Shown here: in pieces, positions 25,982-39,679 of the stretch
Position numbering within the stretch: the first letter of the stretch is position 1
Layout of the letters: each line of letters begins with the position of its first letter
Assembly: GCA_050084515.1 (NCBI GenBank)
Contig: CM114271.1
Span: forward strand, 21,328,001-21,392,000
Direction of reading: 5' to 3'
DNA from: Blasia pusilla
Taxonomy: Eukaryota
Length of the DNA stretch: 64,000 bases
Notes under the pieces: model-generated
The model's input: the letters and a program-made list of their open reading frames with translations, nothing else
Told to the model about the DNA's origin: nothing
Databases searched by the model: none
Translations under genes and position numbers: made by a program

Positions 25982-28900
25982 ATGAAGGAGAGTTCTATGT
26001 TATGTAGCCCATTTTCACACATATTGTTTGTTCTATTAGAATGCAGAGAACGGGAAATTAAAAGAGCTAGGCTAGGTCTAAGTGATGTTGGGAGGATCGC
26101 TGCCCATGACGAAAAGATATGGCGTAGTGAGAAGGAAGCAACAAGAGTTCTTGGGTTGAAGAAACTAAGGTGCCTATGTAGTGAATGCAAAGGGATAAAA
26201 TTGAGATTAGTACACATTGTAGAACAGTACCTCATTCAAAATAAGAGATATCCTCCCAAACGAATCTGGGTAAATCCTAATGATTATGATTCATCAGATG
26301 AGGAGTGGAAATCAAATGAAGGCCACCATGGTGATAATCACGTTACTCTAGATCATAGTGATGTTATAACTGATTTAAATCAATCATGTAGTGATCCACC
26401 TTTGGAAATTGACAAAACGTTAGATATCCATCAGATGATCAACGAGGCTTTCCATACCTTTGATATGGGACAAGTCCAAGATCTGCCAACAGAGATACAA
26501 CTAGATGCTAGAATCGAGGATGAGGATCAAGTGCCATTTGAGATGGGGATAGACGAATCTGAAAGGGAAGATGGTGAGGAGGAATGGGCTAAAGAGTCTA
26601 AGGTGTTAAGGGATGCTTGTCGACCCTTATTTACGGGTTCTAAAACTAGCAAACTTGCATTCACCATGTTGTTCTTAAACATATGTGGTACTCATAATAT
26701 CTCAAATATTGTTGTGGATAAGATCCAAAAATTCGTGGCAGTGCAAGTCGTGCCCAATGAGAATGTGGTTCTAAGAAACCACTATGATGCCAAAACATTG
26801 ATCAATAAGTTGGTTTTGAATTACATTCAAATTCATTGTTGTCCCAATGGTTGTATGCTCTTCAATGGAGAGCATAAGGACTTGTTGAATTGCTCAAAGT
26901 GCAACTCCCCTCGATATAAAGTGCAAGGGAAAACAAAGATTGTTGTAAAGGTTCTCAGACACTTTCCAATTATCCCACAGCTAAAACGTATGTATAGATG
27001 TAAGACCATAGCTGAACTAATGAAATGGACATCAGAAAACAAAAGTAGCGATGGTAAGGTGCGTCATGTGGGAGATTGCCGACAATGGAAAAATATAAAT
27101 GAGCGTTGGCCAGAGTTCATGAACGAGCCTCGTAATTGTCTATTAGGGCTTGCTTTAGATGGAGTAAATCCTTTTAGGGACAAGAGTTTAGTTTGGTCAA
27201 CTTGGCCTGTTGTTTTGGTGAACTGCAATCTTCCACCATGGTTGTGTACAAAGAAATTCTTTCTCCAATTGGCTTTGATCATTCCTGGTAAGGAGTCAGT
27301 GTCTTCTCATAACTTAGATGTGTATTTAGGTCCACTTGTAAACAAGTTATAACTACTTTGGAAAGGAGTTGTTGAATATGATAGTTCTCTTCTTGAAGGC
27401 CAAGATAAGTTCCTTCTTAAGCCATGATCATATGGACTATTAGTGACTATCATGGGCTAGGTGTGGTCTCTGGCCAATGTACCAAGGGAAAACTGTCATG
27501 CGTGGTGTGTGGACTACAAGTAGATTCATATTATTCTAAACCTTTGCGTAAGCCAACATTTCAAGGCCACTGACGGTATGAAGATATAAACGGTATAAAG
27601 ATAGGATCTTCCTTACAAGAAGATTCAATTTGCGCATCTTTTCAATCGATAGATTGAAAATCGTCCAACGCCCAACGTGTGACCAGTCATGACATATTGA
27701 GATGGGTTGAAATGAAGAAGATATTTGATGAAATGCCAAGACCTAGGCACAATTGGGGTTGATCCGTACAAAGAATATGGGGTCCAAAGAAAGAGCATTC
27801 TATTCGAATTTCCTTATTGCAAGGTGAGTAAAACCTATTGAAGATGTTTCCATTTTTTCATACTTGTCCGGCTTTCCATTTCTTGTGGTGATTGTGTTGG
27901 TTTGATCACCAACTGGTTTCTTTGTTGAGTGCATGGATAAACCCAAAATTCATATTATTCCTTCTTGATAATTTTTCAGGATTTATTGATCCGTCATTTT
28001 TCGTATGAAGAAAGAAGGACTCGGTTCAAGTTAGGCAAGACATGGAGGTTAGGGGAATTAGACGTCACTTATGGCTTCAAGCGCATCCTAGTAGAGCATC
28101 CGTTAAGTCAAAACCAAAGTCAGATTATGTGCTTACCCCTGAGAAGGTTAAGATATTTGACGCTAAGGTACAAAGTCTAAAAGTTGCTAGCGTTATGCTG
28201 ATGCTTTACAAAAACATCTTCTACGGAAGAATATGGGTGCACTTAAGTCCCTGACCATCATATTTTTATGCAACAACTCTTACTATTCTTTTTGCGAGGA
28301 CTCTTGAAAAGCCCAGTGAGGATGACTATCATGCGCATGTCCAAAATTTTCCCACTCCTTTGTGTTAAGACATACAACCCTGAGGATTTTGAATCCTTAA
28401 AAGAAGACGTTTCTACCACGCTTTGCCTCATGGAGATACATTTCCCCCTTCCTTCTTTGACGTGATGACTCACCTCCTTGTCCATTTGGTTGAAGAGCTT
28501 GATATTTGTGGCCTTGTTCCATGTCGATGGATGTACCCTGTGGAGAGATACTTGGGTGTATTCAAGAATTACGTCAGCTCATGTGCTAGACCAGAAGGCT
28601 GTATGGCCGAAGGATATCTACTTGATGAAGCTCTTGGTTTCATCACCGAGTACATGCAAAACTATGATGTCATACGAATAAGAGTTTGGGATGCGAGCGA
28701 GGACGAAGGAGTTATTGGCAAAGTGTTAGAAGGTGTCGGGACCAAGCGTCAAATGAGCTCTGAAATTCTTAAAGTGGCACATGAATATGTGCTCCACAAT
28801 AGTGAATATTTCACAATATGGTTGGAGTAAGTACTAGTGTTATGTAAACTCTTTCCATCTAGTTTCCTTCTAGCCTTTCTATTTCTATCGAATCAGATTA

Positions 28901-29867
28901 TTTGTCCAGGAAAAAAATAACTACCTTTTGTAGTTAATGTAGGGTGTTGGTTTTTAAAAGTTTGTCATCGCTGGTTATTGTGCAGAAAGTTCAGAGGGGA
29001 GGGCAATGGGGATTCCACATTCTCTCGATGGATCCGTCCAAAGATTATAGAATGGATAGCTTCTGGCCATGCCATTGATGATATGGTTGTAAAACTGTCG
29101 GTCCCACCTTCTCGGTTTTACTTGTCATACAAAAAGATGAAAGCTTATAGAAACCATTTTAGGTTAGATGATGGAAGTGATTATACAACCTTTGATTCGG
29201 GGATTGCATCAATCTTTGAATCTCATCCGTCGGAGGAAGAAATTGCAAACCATCACATGCCTTATGTTGGCCTCTTGTTTGATATTTTAGTTATGGATTA
29301 TGGCCGCTTAGAGCAGCCCATTATCTTGATGAGGGGAAAATGGGTTCTATCTACATGGGGCTCCCAAGAACCCAACATGCTTTATGATGAGAATGGTTTC
29401 CTACTAGCCAACTTTAGAAAATTCTTGCCCTTGAATTCTGATCCTTTTGTTTTTCCTAGCCAAGTAGAGCAATTATTTTATGGAGTGTAGAAGATAGGCC
29501 AGGATTGAAAGTTGTTATGCAAAAATAAGCACGATCAAGAAGGTTAGTGGGGGAGAGTATAGACTTATCAAGCAATGATAGCTTGCAACCTAGAGGGTTT
29601 GATGCTCATACACAACTAGAGAGTGAAGTTCCTGACGTAACACTGGTTGGGGCAATACAACTATCAGATGCAGAAATAGCACTAGCAAATATGGACTACA
29701 CTACCAACAATATAGAGGATGGAGATGAAGGACTGTATGAGGCTCCTACATTTGAGGATGAGAAGGAGCAAAATAGTAGCTCAAATAGTCAAGATGAATG
29801 GTCAATTCATGAATGTTGGTGTTATTCTACACAAGTAGGGCAACAACTTTACCTTGTAAGGTTTTAA
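25982..29867 (+). pseudogene. CACTA TnpD/Tnp2 transposase (Transposase_21, DUF4218, DUF4216), intron-containing, with stops
   Basis: 'IHCCPNGCMLF...CSKCNSPRY...VLRHFPIIPQLKRMY...LDGVNPF...STWPV...NLPPWLC'; 'FPPSFFDVMTHLLVHLV...WMYPVERY'; 'DPFVFPSQVEQLFY'. Confidence 0.93.
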
Positions 29868-30099
29868 GTGAGGAGGATTTTCAATGATAATAGTATGCCT
29901 TGGAATTGTGAAAAAATAGTTTTCTAAATGTTTTTTTTGGATTTTGGATCTATCTATTTCAGGTACTTTACCCAACTTGATGACATATATCTTTTTTGAG
30001 AAAAAAATTCCTAGAGAAGTACTTACAATCGGACCTTGTTTGTAGTTTTACATCAGGTCCAATTTCATTAGCGTTTGAATGATCATGCCATCGGAGGTG

Positions 30100-32976
30100 G
30101 GCAGAGACTCTGAGACCGATGACAAGATCCGCATTGTAGAGGAGAGTCCTTGCAGTAAATACCATCGACTACGTGAGGAGCGTGTGGCTTTTGTGAGAGA
30201 GACAACAAGGAAACTTGGGGAGGAGTTTTGGTAAGAAGTACTCTTTGAACTTGCATTTTGGTGGACTTACTTTACAATGGTTTCAATTTTCATCCTTTGT
30301 GACTATAATCTTACTAACATTAGAGGGATTGGCTATGAATTTGGTTTGAAGGAGAGTTCTTCCACCTCGTAACCAACCTCTTCTTCAAAAGAGTGCAAGA
30401 ACCAGCGAGAGTGATTGTTCATCAACTCCAAAGGCATATAACACTCGGAATGTTGCACAGAAAAAAATTATGTCGAAGGACTCATCAAATGATGAAGATA
30501 AAGGGTTCAGTAGTAATAGTGAGTTCGATAAAGACTATGATGCAACACCTCAACAATCTTTCCCCGAAGGTTTAGAACAGATTCGAGTAGCCAAGAGGAA
30601 GTCTCCATTAAGGCAGAAGAAGAATCGTGGCAAGGTGGGTGAAGAATGTGTGAGTAATAAGTCTCTTGATTGAAAACATTGAAATACTTGCATAGTACTT
30701 TATTCGTTCATAGCTTCTTTCTTGCAAATACTAAAATTACTCACTTTGATGAAATTGTTTGGCGATAGCGTCCTAGTCCAGACAAGAAGCAAAAAGAAAG
30801 CAAGAAGAATCCACTTTCCCATCTTCCCGGAGTCCTACAATGGTCGATTCTTGGGATGTACCCAGGGTTCCAAATGCCCATCCAATGGCCTTCGGGCATG
30901 TCCGGTACTCAAAAGGATCCTAAACACCTCCCATAATGTTTCATGAAGTTAGAAGTTTGAACAAGGGGTCATTTTTTGAGGGCTCTATGAGCCCTTACAA
31001 GCATATTGTTGCTGCATATTGAAGTATGGCATGCAGGTTCTATTCCTCCTGGATAGGGCCAACCCCCTAGCTTCTTTGGTGGATATTTCTTTGCCCCAAA
31101 TCCTGGACTTGCCCCACAGGTTCCACCAACTAATCACCAACCTGATCCACTTGGTAAGATAAGTCACTGTATTAATGGGGTCATATTATGTCTGATTGTA
31201 CCATGTAGTAAGGAGATCTGATTTTTCTAAAGTGTAGAAGTGGGAAATTTTTGGTTTAGAATCATCTATTAAAGAGATGAAGAGAAAGGAGGATTATAAT
31301 GCATGGAAGGCGGCCAGCAAGATTCGAGAGCGAGTTGGGCTAAAACTTTTGGTTGAGGACACAACAAAGGGTGAGATAGTATATGGTTGTGACGAAAAAA
31401 GTAGTTGGTACGATGAAGTGAAGGTTGTAGTGCATCGATACTTAGACACTAGCATTGTTGATGTTGCTAAACAAACACATACAGATTTGAAAGTTATGCG
31501 TAGGGATGTTGATGCCCACTATGAATACACGGGGTGTAAACTTAGTGAGAAATTTTGGCGTAACTCTCTCCAAGAACTAATGAAGAAAGAGAGGGCTCGA
31601 TTAAAGAGGATGTGGATAGAGGCAAGATGTTCTCCCGAATGCCTCTCTCCTCCGGATGTGAATCCTAAGAGTTGGGAAAGTTTGAAATCATATTGGTTGC
31701 CTCTTGAAGGACAAAACAAATCTAAGCGTATGAAGGCCAATCACTCAAAGGTGGAGAAGCCCAATCCCAATGGAAGGTGTGGTTATGCAGGAGCAAAGCA
31801 CACTTTGGTAAACTCGTGCTTTTGTTCTCATTATCTCTTCCAGCAAGTTTACATTATGTTTCTAAATCATCTACACATCTAAAGCTTAAATTGCAATCCT
31901 AACCTGATTTGATGGAATGTAGCAGAAAGAGATGGGCGGGAGAAGTTCATCACTACAAGACATTGAGGAGTCTTTGGACGTAGGAAAAGCATTCCCAAGC
32001 CAAGAAAATGTTAATAAGGTAAGCTAATCCGTGACCTTCTTGATAATTAGATTACAAAAAACAAAAGTTATCTTGGCATGGTATTCTAAATTGGCTTGCT
32101 GCAAAATCCTCTTACACTTTCAGAAGTTGTCTTGTTGTATGCTATTCAAAATTGGCTTGTTGTAAAATTCTCTTACAATTTCAGAAGTTGTCTTGCTGTA
32201 TGATATTCAAAATTGGCTTGTTGTAAATTTCTCTTACAGATTCAGAAGTTGTCTTGGCATAGTATTAAAAATTGGCTTTCTATAAAGTGAACTTATAGAT
32301 ACAGAAGTTTCTTTAGCATAGTATGGTGAATTGGCTTGCTGTAAACAAAACTTAGAAGTTGGTCATGTGACCTAATATTGTATCTTCATCCATTTTTTCT
32401 TACCAAAAAATTTCTCACTTGTATGTTGGTATTGTTTCTTAGAATGGTTTATCCACCTTGACACATAAGATACAAGTGGTGGAAAATGACTTGGGTGGTC
32501 TCAAATCAAGCATGGAAATCTTGATGGGAATGATGATAGAACTAAAGGGTATGGTAAGTAAGGGACAGAACAATACACCACCTCCTCCATCACCAGTTGA
32601 GATCCCTGAGGTTGTGGTGATCCCAAAAATTTGCAATTCTATTCTTGATCCTCTCGATGAGAACATGGCATCTGTTAAAGTTCAAGCATCTTCTTCACTT
32701 GACAATCTTATAGAGAGTCAAGATACTATGTCTATCTCTACTCTACAACAACCTCAGGAAGTTATCCTTGAGCCCAAGAATGTAGAATGTGTCTCTATTG
32801 GCATGGATCAGACTCTTGAATCCATGCTTGTTGCCCCTGAAGGTCCTCAACAAGAATCCAGAATGGTTGTGGAGCCACTTCAAAATCATGTTGCGGATAA
32901 AAAAAACGAAAAAGAATTGAAGCAAAATAGCAAGAGTTGCAATTGTCAATATATTAAAACTTACATCCTTTATTAA
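30100..32976 (+). pseudogene. Second CACTA gene (TnpA/PTTA-like), fragmented
   Basis: ORF 31277-31882 has 'ERARLKRMW...PPDVNPKSWESLKSYW...KSKRMKANHSKV...GRCGY', typical of CACTA ORF2, and is homologous to 35142-35621. Confidence 0.65.
32065..32365. repeat. ~61-bp minisatellite, about 5 copies, in a CACTA intron
   Basis: Repeated 'aattggcttg...cttaca...cagaagttgtcttg'. Confidence 0.85.
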
Positions 32977-35141
32977 TGTACAAAACCAAAAAAAGGAAGC
33001 ATGCTATAGTTTACCTTCTTGAATAACCATCCTTGTCTTGGTAGACTATGTGAATATTTCACGAGTTCTACACCATGAAGTAACTCTCCAGAGAAATAAT
33101 TATCAATAAATGTAGCATGAAATAATATGAATACGAAACCTATATGAAAGAGCTTACCTTTGTCTATTTCTTTGAACCTCCACATCGTGTATCACTTTCT
33201 TGCTCATTCCCAACATCTACGCTGTCGCGTCGAGAGTCTTTCTTCGAGTAAGGGCGGACCTTCTAGCTGCGGCAGACGTGGTCGATGCAAGGTGAACTCT
33301 CTAAGAAGTTCTCCTTTTTCAATACAAAATTATTATGTATACTCTCCATTGTCTCTCGATAGGTATCACAAATGGAAGTGCCAAGGCGATCACTTCTTCG
33401 TAACATCGGACCCCGAAATTCCTAACTATAAAACCCCTATAAACTACTTTACGCTTGTATACGAGGAAGATAGCACAACTAGTGTTAAACCCTACTTGTT
33501 GAGGCCTATTGACATCCATGGATCGCTATATAAGGATATACAAAGTATAATCCCATGTCCTTCCATATGTGACGATAGGAATAATCACTGGAGTTGGAGA
33601 TTGCATAACCTGGTTCATGAACATCTCCCCAAAGTGATAATCTAAATAACGACTGAATTAGTGCCTATCTACCAAGAGTACCTTGACATGGTAAGAATTG
33701 AGGAAAGGAAAGTTGGGCACAACTCGTGCTCCACCCCTATCCATGCTTGACAGACATTCTCTACTCTCCTCAAGAATGGGCTTTGGCGGAATTATTCTCC
33801 CAAGAGGGGTAGTCCACTCTCATTGGGAAAATAACAAGCCAAAACATTCAGAATTTTAGTATGACTAAACTCTTATAAGGTGATAAGCCTCGCATCTCCA
33901 CACACACACCACACTCTAGAAACCTCTCGAAGAATAGATTATGGTCAAGTTACTCTCCCAAGAGGGGCGATCCACTCTCATTGGAAGAGCAAGCAATCCC
34001 AAAGCCATACACTCAAGAATGACATGAGAGACTCTAGATATGAAATAGAAGGTGATGAACCCTTGAAGGTCCTTCCTTTTTATATACTCATAAGAGATCC
34101 ACAAGAGTATGAAATAGAGCTAATCTTATCTTGTGCCACATGGCTACCTCTCAAGGCTTAGCCAATCACATTTTAACACAAGTAGATTTCCTCTTATCTC
34201 TTCCAAAATATCCTCTTTTACCCACTTGATATTTTCCAAATTACCCCAACTAACCTAGCCACCAACCAAGACTACTTTTGTTTTTATAAAGTCATCTTTA
34301 TTTATTATCTCTTTTCCTAAAGTTGGACCCGCATAAATGAGGCACCATAAAGAGGTTTAAACATGGGAATTTCCTTTTCCTAGGCTAATTTACATAATAC
34401 TAATAAAGCTCTATCTAACACTGAATGAGGAAGGAGTTTACACACTGGCTAATTTTATTATACGACAACGTGTCCTTTTGCCTTCTGCCTTTTCTTTGGA
34501 GAGGACTTATCCTCGCTGTCTACACTTTGATATTCTGAACCTTTCCACCAATGATTGAAAGCAGAAAATAATGTCAAATAGAATCCCATATAATCACAAT
34601 TCATAACAATATACAAGTCATCAACTTAACAACATTTGAAACTATAGAATCCTTACGAAGTGTCAATGTCATATCTCTGTCATCACTCTTTGTGGAGCTC
34701 TTCCTCCGTTGGCAAACCACACTCTTCACATACAGAAATATTTCTCAATTCAACATTCAGATATCAAACTAGCAACAATAAAGGTGATAGTTTATACCAA
34801 CACCATAAATTTGAGCAAATAGAAGACTTAGTTTAGGAAATTTTACCGATGAGCTCATATTTTTTAACGTTCGACGTAGGGGGGATGGATTCAAGCTCTA
34901 CTCCTTCTGTCCTGCATGCAACAATTTTTTATTTTGGGCCCTACACAATATACAATGTCCCAAAGCATTTTTAGGATCCACACCAATAAACAATTGATCA
35001 AACATTCTCTCTACAAGTAGGTATAAAGAAATAAAAATCAAGAGTGCATTTGTACAATAAGAGAATGCAAAGGAAACTTACCTCAAGTTCATCTAGACCT
35101 CCATAGCCTGAGTGATTTAAAGTTTGGACTTTAGACCTTGC

Positions 35142-35621
35142 TCAAACCATCTTTCCAGCTTTCACTTTACCCTCCTCAGAAAGCCAATAATCTACCAATC
35201 TTCCCCATAAATCTTCATTTGTGTTCGGATGGGGTGAGAGACCACAATGAGCCCCATGGTTGATCCAATAATTCTTGAAATTAGACCACTCTGTCTTCAA
35301 CAATTGATCAATCTTCTTTCTTAAGAACTCGAGGGAGAGAGAGGGGCCACCAACGTAAGTATATGCCTCAAGGATATGATTTTGTATAGTCGCCATATTC
35401 ATGGCATTCTGCTTTCTAAGCTTGACGCGAGACAAGTCCAAATATCTCATTGACCATACCTTTAACTCATTCAACCAAGGTTCATAACCAGGAACCTTCG
35501 TGGAAGGATGGTTGTTGGGCATCAACTCACACCTAGGCTTGAGATTCTGCTCCTTACGAGTAGAGACATCCTGTGCCCATAAGTCATGCTTGGTCCTACT
35601 TCTTCCTTCTCCTATTGTCAT
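35142..35621 (-). pseudogene. CACTA TnpA-like exon
   Basis: 'LLKTEWSNFKNYW...PHPNTNEDLWGRLVDYWLSEEGKVKAGKM' is homologous to 31277-31882. Confidence 0.7.
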
Positions 35622-37663
35622 TGGATTCCGAAGAAAACAATCGCAAGTTAGATAAATACTTGGTAATTCAGGCTTATTACTGACAAAATGTAAAACATTG
35701 GAACTCTAAGAATCCATGGCTACTACAATGTATTACCTGCAGAAGTACCAATAGGGATGGTTGCAGCCTCTGTATGGCTTGGCGTAGTACAAGATTGTGT
35801 TATACTTGGAAACCCTGGGTATTTGTCATCCTCGACACTTGTAGTCTCTACACGCATTGGTGGACGAGATGGAAATGGGAACGATGCCCCGCCCTACAAG
35901 GGACCATGGATATAAGTTGCATAATATGAGAAGAACTAATACTATAATGCATAAGTGAAAGGTCCTCAAATACCCAAGGTGGTTGTTGGGATATATGAGC
36001 ATTTGTCGGCCATGCTTGCTGAGGTTGAGCATTTACAGGCCAGGTTTGTTGGTTCCCATAGGGTAATGGTGATTGCATCACCATTGGAAGCCACCAAGGA
36101 ATTCCACTTTGAGACCAAGGTGGAGGAGGGAATGTTCCTGTTTGTGGGGTGGCTTGTGATGTAGAACCTTCATATCCCTACAATTGCAAACATAGAATGT
36201 TAACCATTTGTTTCTTGTGAAGTAACGTATGTAGATAAACACAAAATCCTCCAACACAGAGATGAATGGCTCCTTGGAATAGGAGCAGATTTGTACCATG
36301 TCTAGTGGAGTTGAATGTTTATGACCATGTTGTGGCTTTTGCATTTCTCGTCTTGGGGATAGGGAACATTCTCCCTTCGGTGTATCCTACAAAACATTCC
36401 ATAATTCAAACAAATCAGCGAGTTGATTCTGATCCAAAATCTTCAAATAGAAGAGTGTATTTAACATTAATTGGTTGGAATCCAATTACCCTCCCATCCT
36501 CTAGCCATGCCTCATTGTCATCATCATCGGAGGCGTAATGTCCCATCCTAGCAAAGGAACTGTCTTGTACTTTTGCTTTGCCCGCCAATCTTGAACTGCG
36601 CCTTTGGGGTAGAATAGAGTCCAAACACCGCGCTACCTTCCTCCTCTTGTGAGCCCTTGGCGCCTTAAACCTTACAAGATAAATATGTAAGACAAAGGGG
36701 CCCAAAACTTGCAATACAAAAACTAAAATGCACATGCCCTTCACCTTTCCATTTATACCCACAACAAGCACTACATGTACAAGTCTAAACTTAATGGGCA
36801 AATAATAGTTATAGTGTCTTACCAATCTGTCAATCCGCCAAACAAGAGAGCTTCTCTCGCCTTTCTCTCCCTCACTTTACAAGCTCGCTGTTCCTCATAA
36901 GGGTTTGGAGCAGACCGTGGACTCGAGGAATTATTCACCTCTGGATTTGGTACCATGGCAGATATATAAACATGTTCTCCCCTAACGTGAGAAGAGGACT
37001 CACGTGCACACTTTCCCTTGCTGAATTCCCCTCCAAATCCAGCCCCACTATATGAGCTTGGAAGTTGTTTAAAGTACCCGTCTTCTAAATCGCTGAAATC
37101 TTCGATTAGATTCAACTCCCCTCCTGCATCACAAAGGCCTTCAGTGTAGATCATAGCCTCTAGATGAAGGTGATCTCCAAGATCCTTGCAATTCATGATA
37201 ACAGGAATATTGCCACCACCTCCTCTTCCACTTGGACAAATGGCTTGGATATCTTACCAATCTAAGCCACGATGCCTATCAACGCCAAAAAAAACAAAAC
37301 AAACCTGCAAAGGATCTTCAAAGAAACCACTTATACAATGAATACAAAAGAAACAAATTTGCATAAACTAAAAAACGCATGGTCAAATGAGACATGAGAT
37401 GCAAGAATTCATTACGGTATGGGCCAAGTCTGGTCCCTTGCAAACCAAACAGTTTAATCCTACCCCCCTTCATCATCCTCTGAATCTAGATCCTCTTTTT
37501 CTGTTCCAACCTCGTCCGAAACATGAATAATTGGGATATGTTTAACATCTGCTCAAGCTGCAATGAGCTCTGATTCCCTTGCTCCAAGAGTATTGGTCAC
37601 TTGTAACCCTCTCGGCTCTGATAGTGGCACCGACATATTAGGAATATCACTTAATGGTATATC

Positions 37664-38270
37664 TCATGCTCTTTCATTATTGCCAAAAAACATTCGGTGA
37701 GATCTAGCTTCATTCTTTAAGACTACTCTCCACCCATCACCCTCATGGCAATCCCCATAGAACACCTGCTCAACTTGGGATGGAAACACAAATGGCTGGT
37801 GGTTAAGAGGGTCACATGATTTCAAGTTAGCAAGAATGAATCCTTCCTTATCCATCTTCATCAAAGGATTTCTTCCTCCCCAATTTGAACTCACCTACCT
37901 CCCTCTCATCAATGTAATAGGCTGGCCCACAATTCCATAATCCAAAGCAAGTATCTCTACCAATACCCCGACGTACGAATATGCACAATTTCGATGGGTT
38001 TTGGAATCATCAACAAATATGGCCCCGATCCCACTATCGTAAGTAGAGAATATACTCACACCATGTGGTCCCTCTACTCTATAATTTTTTCCATAAGCTT
38101 TCATACTTTTGGCGAAGGAGTAGGAAAATAGTTTGGTTTGTGGAGTAGTATCCCACAAGTACCCCACACACTAGAGTGGGTGTTAGAATTTGTACATACC
38201 TCTACTCCACAAACCAAACTATTTTCCTACTCCTTCGCCATATTCATCCAATGTAGTTAAGAAACCACCT
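37664..38270 (-). pseudogene. CACTA TnpD C-terminal fragment (DUF4216 region)
   Basis: 'MKAYG...TYDSGIGAIF...YVGVLVEILALDYG' and 'GFILANL...PFVFPSQVEQVFY' are paralogous to 28978-29490. Confidence 0.85.
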
Positions 38271-39679
38271 GCAAATACAACCACAATAGATATGTAAATC
38301 AAACTGATCTAATTGTCGTAACGTCAGCTGATTGAGCAATGAACAAAATGAAAAATAAAATAAAATGACAAGGAGCTAGAGATCTACCTCACGAAGTGCT
38401 GTTGCTAGATCCTCTATTGTAAATATTAGCCATTTTTCTGAAAAGTTGAAGAATCATACCACGGGAACAATGATTTTAAAAAACAAACTCATTATGTAAG
38501 GCATGCAAATCAAACTCACATCTTTGAATTATTTGGTAGGTAGTAAATATTTTTTTTTTGGACCCATATAGTCATTAATTTGATCACAAACACTACAATA
38601 TTAGAAGCAGTATGGATGGTTTAGGAGAGAACCTTGGTTGAAATAGACAAAACGCCCAACACTAACAAGTCACCCCCATCTAAATCAATTAAGAGAGTTT
38701 TTGACCATCTTCTACAACACTAATTACATCCAAAAGATCATTAGCAGGCATAAAGACAAATCAAATGTCTGGTTAGTGATTTGGAGGCCCGTGTGGTTGG
38801 GCTTTAGGGGGCCAATGAGGAGAAAGATAGAGATCTCCAAGTCTCACAAGAAGAACTCAAGTGGGAAAAGTAGGTGCTTGATGACGTCCTCGCAGCGTGA
38901 GGATGCAAAACTGAAATCCGAGTTCACTCAAAGGAATCCAAAATCCGAGTCCGAAATCCAAAATCCAAAATCCAAGGAATCCGAAATCCGAGGATGCAAA
39001 AACTGAAATCCGAGTTCACTCAAAGTTCACTCATTCAAAGGAGGACACCCAAAGGCAGCACAGAGCAGTAGAATCATTTCAAGAAGAGCTCAAGTGTGAA
39101 TATCATGTGCTGGACTTGAAGTAGGTGGAGTTGGAGGATCTGAAAATGAAGTTTCAGTCCTGTGCATAGAAGAATATGGAATTGAAGAGCGTAGTGGCGA
39201 CGTTGGAGGAAAGAGTTGTTTCTCTACAAGAGGACATTGAAAGGCAGTGCCACGCAGAGAAATTGCTTGGGCAGAACTCAAGAGTGAACGTCACGTGCTA
39301 GACTCAAAAGTGATGGAGTTAGAGGATCTGAAGAGTCAGGGCTGGGACTGAACACCATCCGAGTTCCTTTGGGCTACAGGATGGAAGACATCGTGTACAC
39401 TAAATGCTGCAATTTCCTCAAGGCACATTCAAACACTAGAAGAAATGGGTAGTTTTTATGACTAGACTTTAAATGACTCATCAAAAGAATGACTCAAATA
39501 ATGACTTAAATGGTTTAGTCATCAAATTTAGGGTCGTACAACTCACCAATTCATCTGCTTATGACTAACGTAGTTATCAATACCCTTTAGTAGAGACAAG
39601 TCATACTTGTTTTACTCGCCCAGTAAAGATGAGTCATAAACAAGGACTGATATGTTTAAATGATTTCATGCTCTAATGT

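Larger units (their letters stand above)
24101..33000 (+). mobile_element. CACTA/EnSpm element 1 (left end and genes; right end not found)
   Basis: Terminus CACTAGAAG at 24101; AT-rich subterminal region with ATGACTAG motifs and a ~220-bp direct repeat; TnpD and a second gene follow downstream. Confidence 0.88.

Noticed and set aside
32065-32365. CRISPR-like array (also considered for 39680-42080)
   Set aside because: The units are head-to-tail with no unique spacers, there are no cas genes, and the context is eukaryotic.
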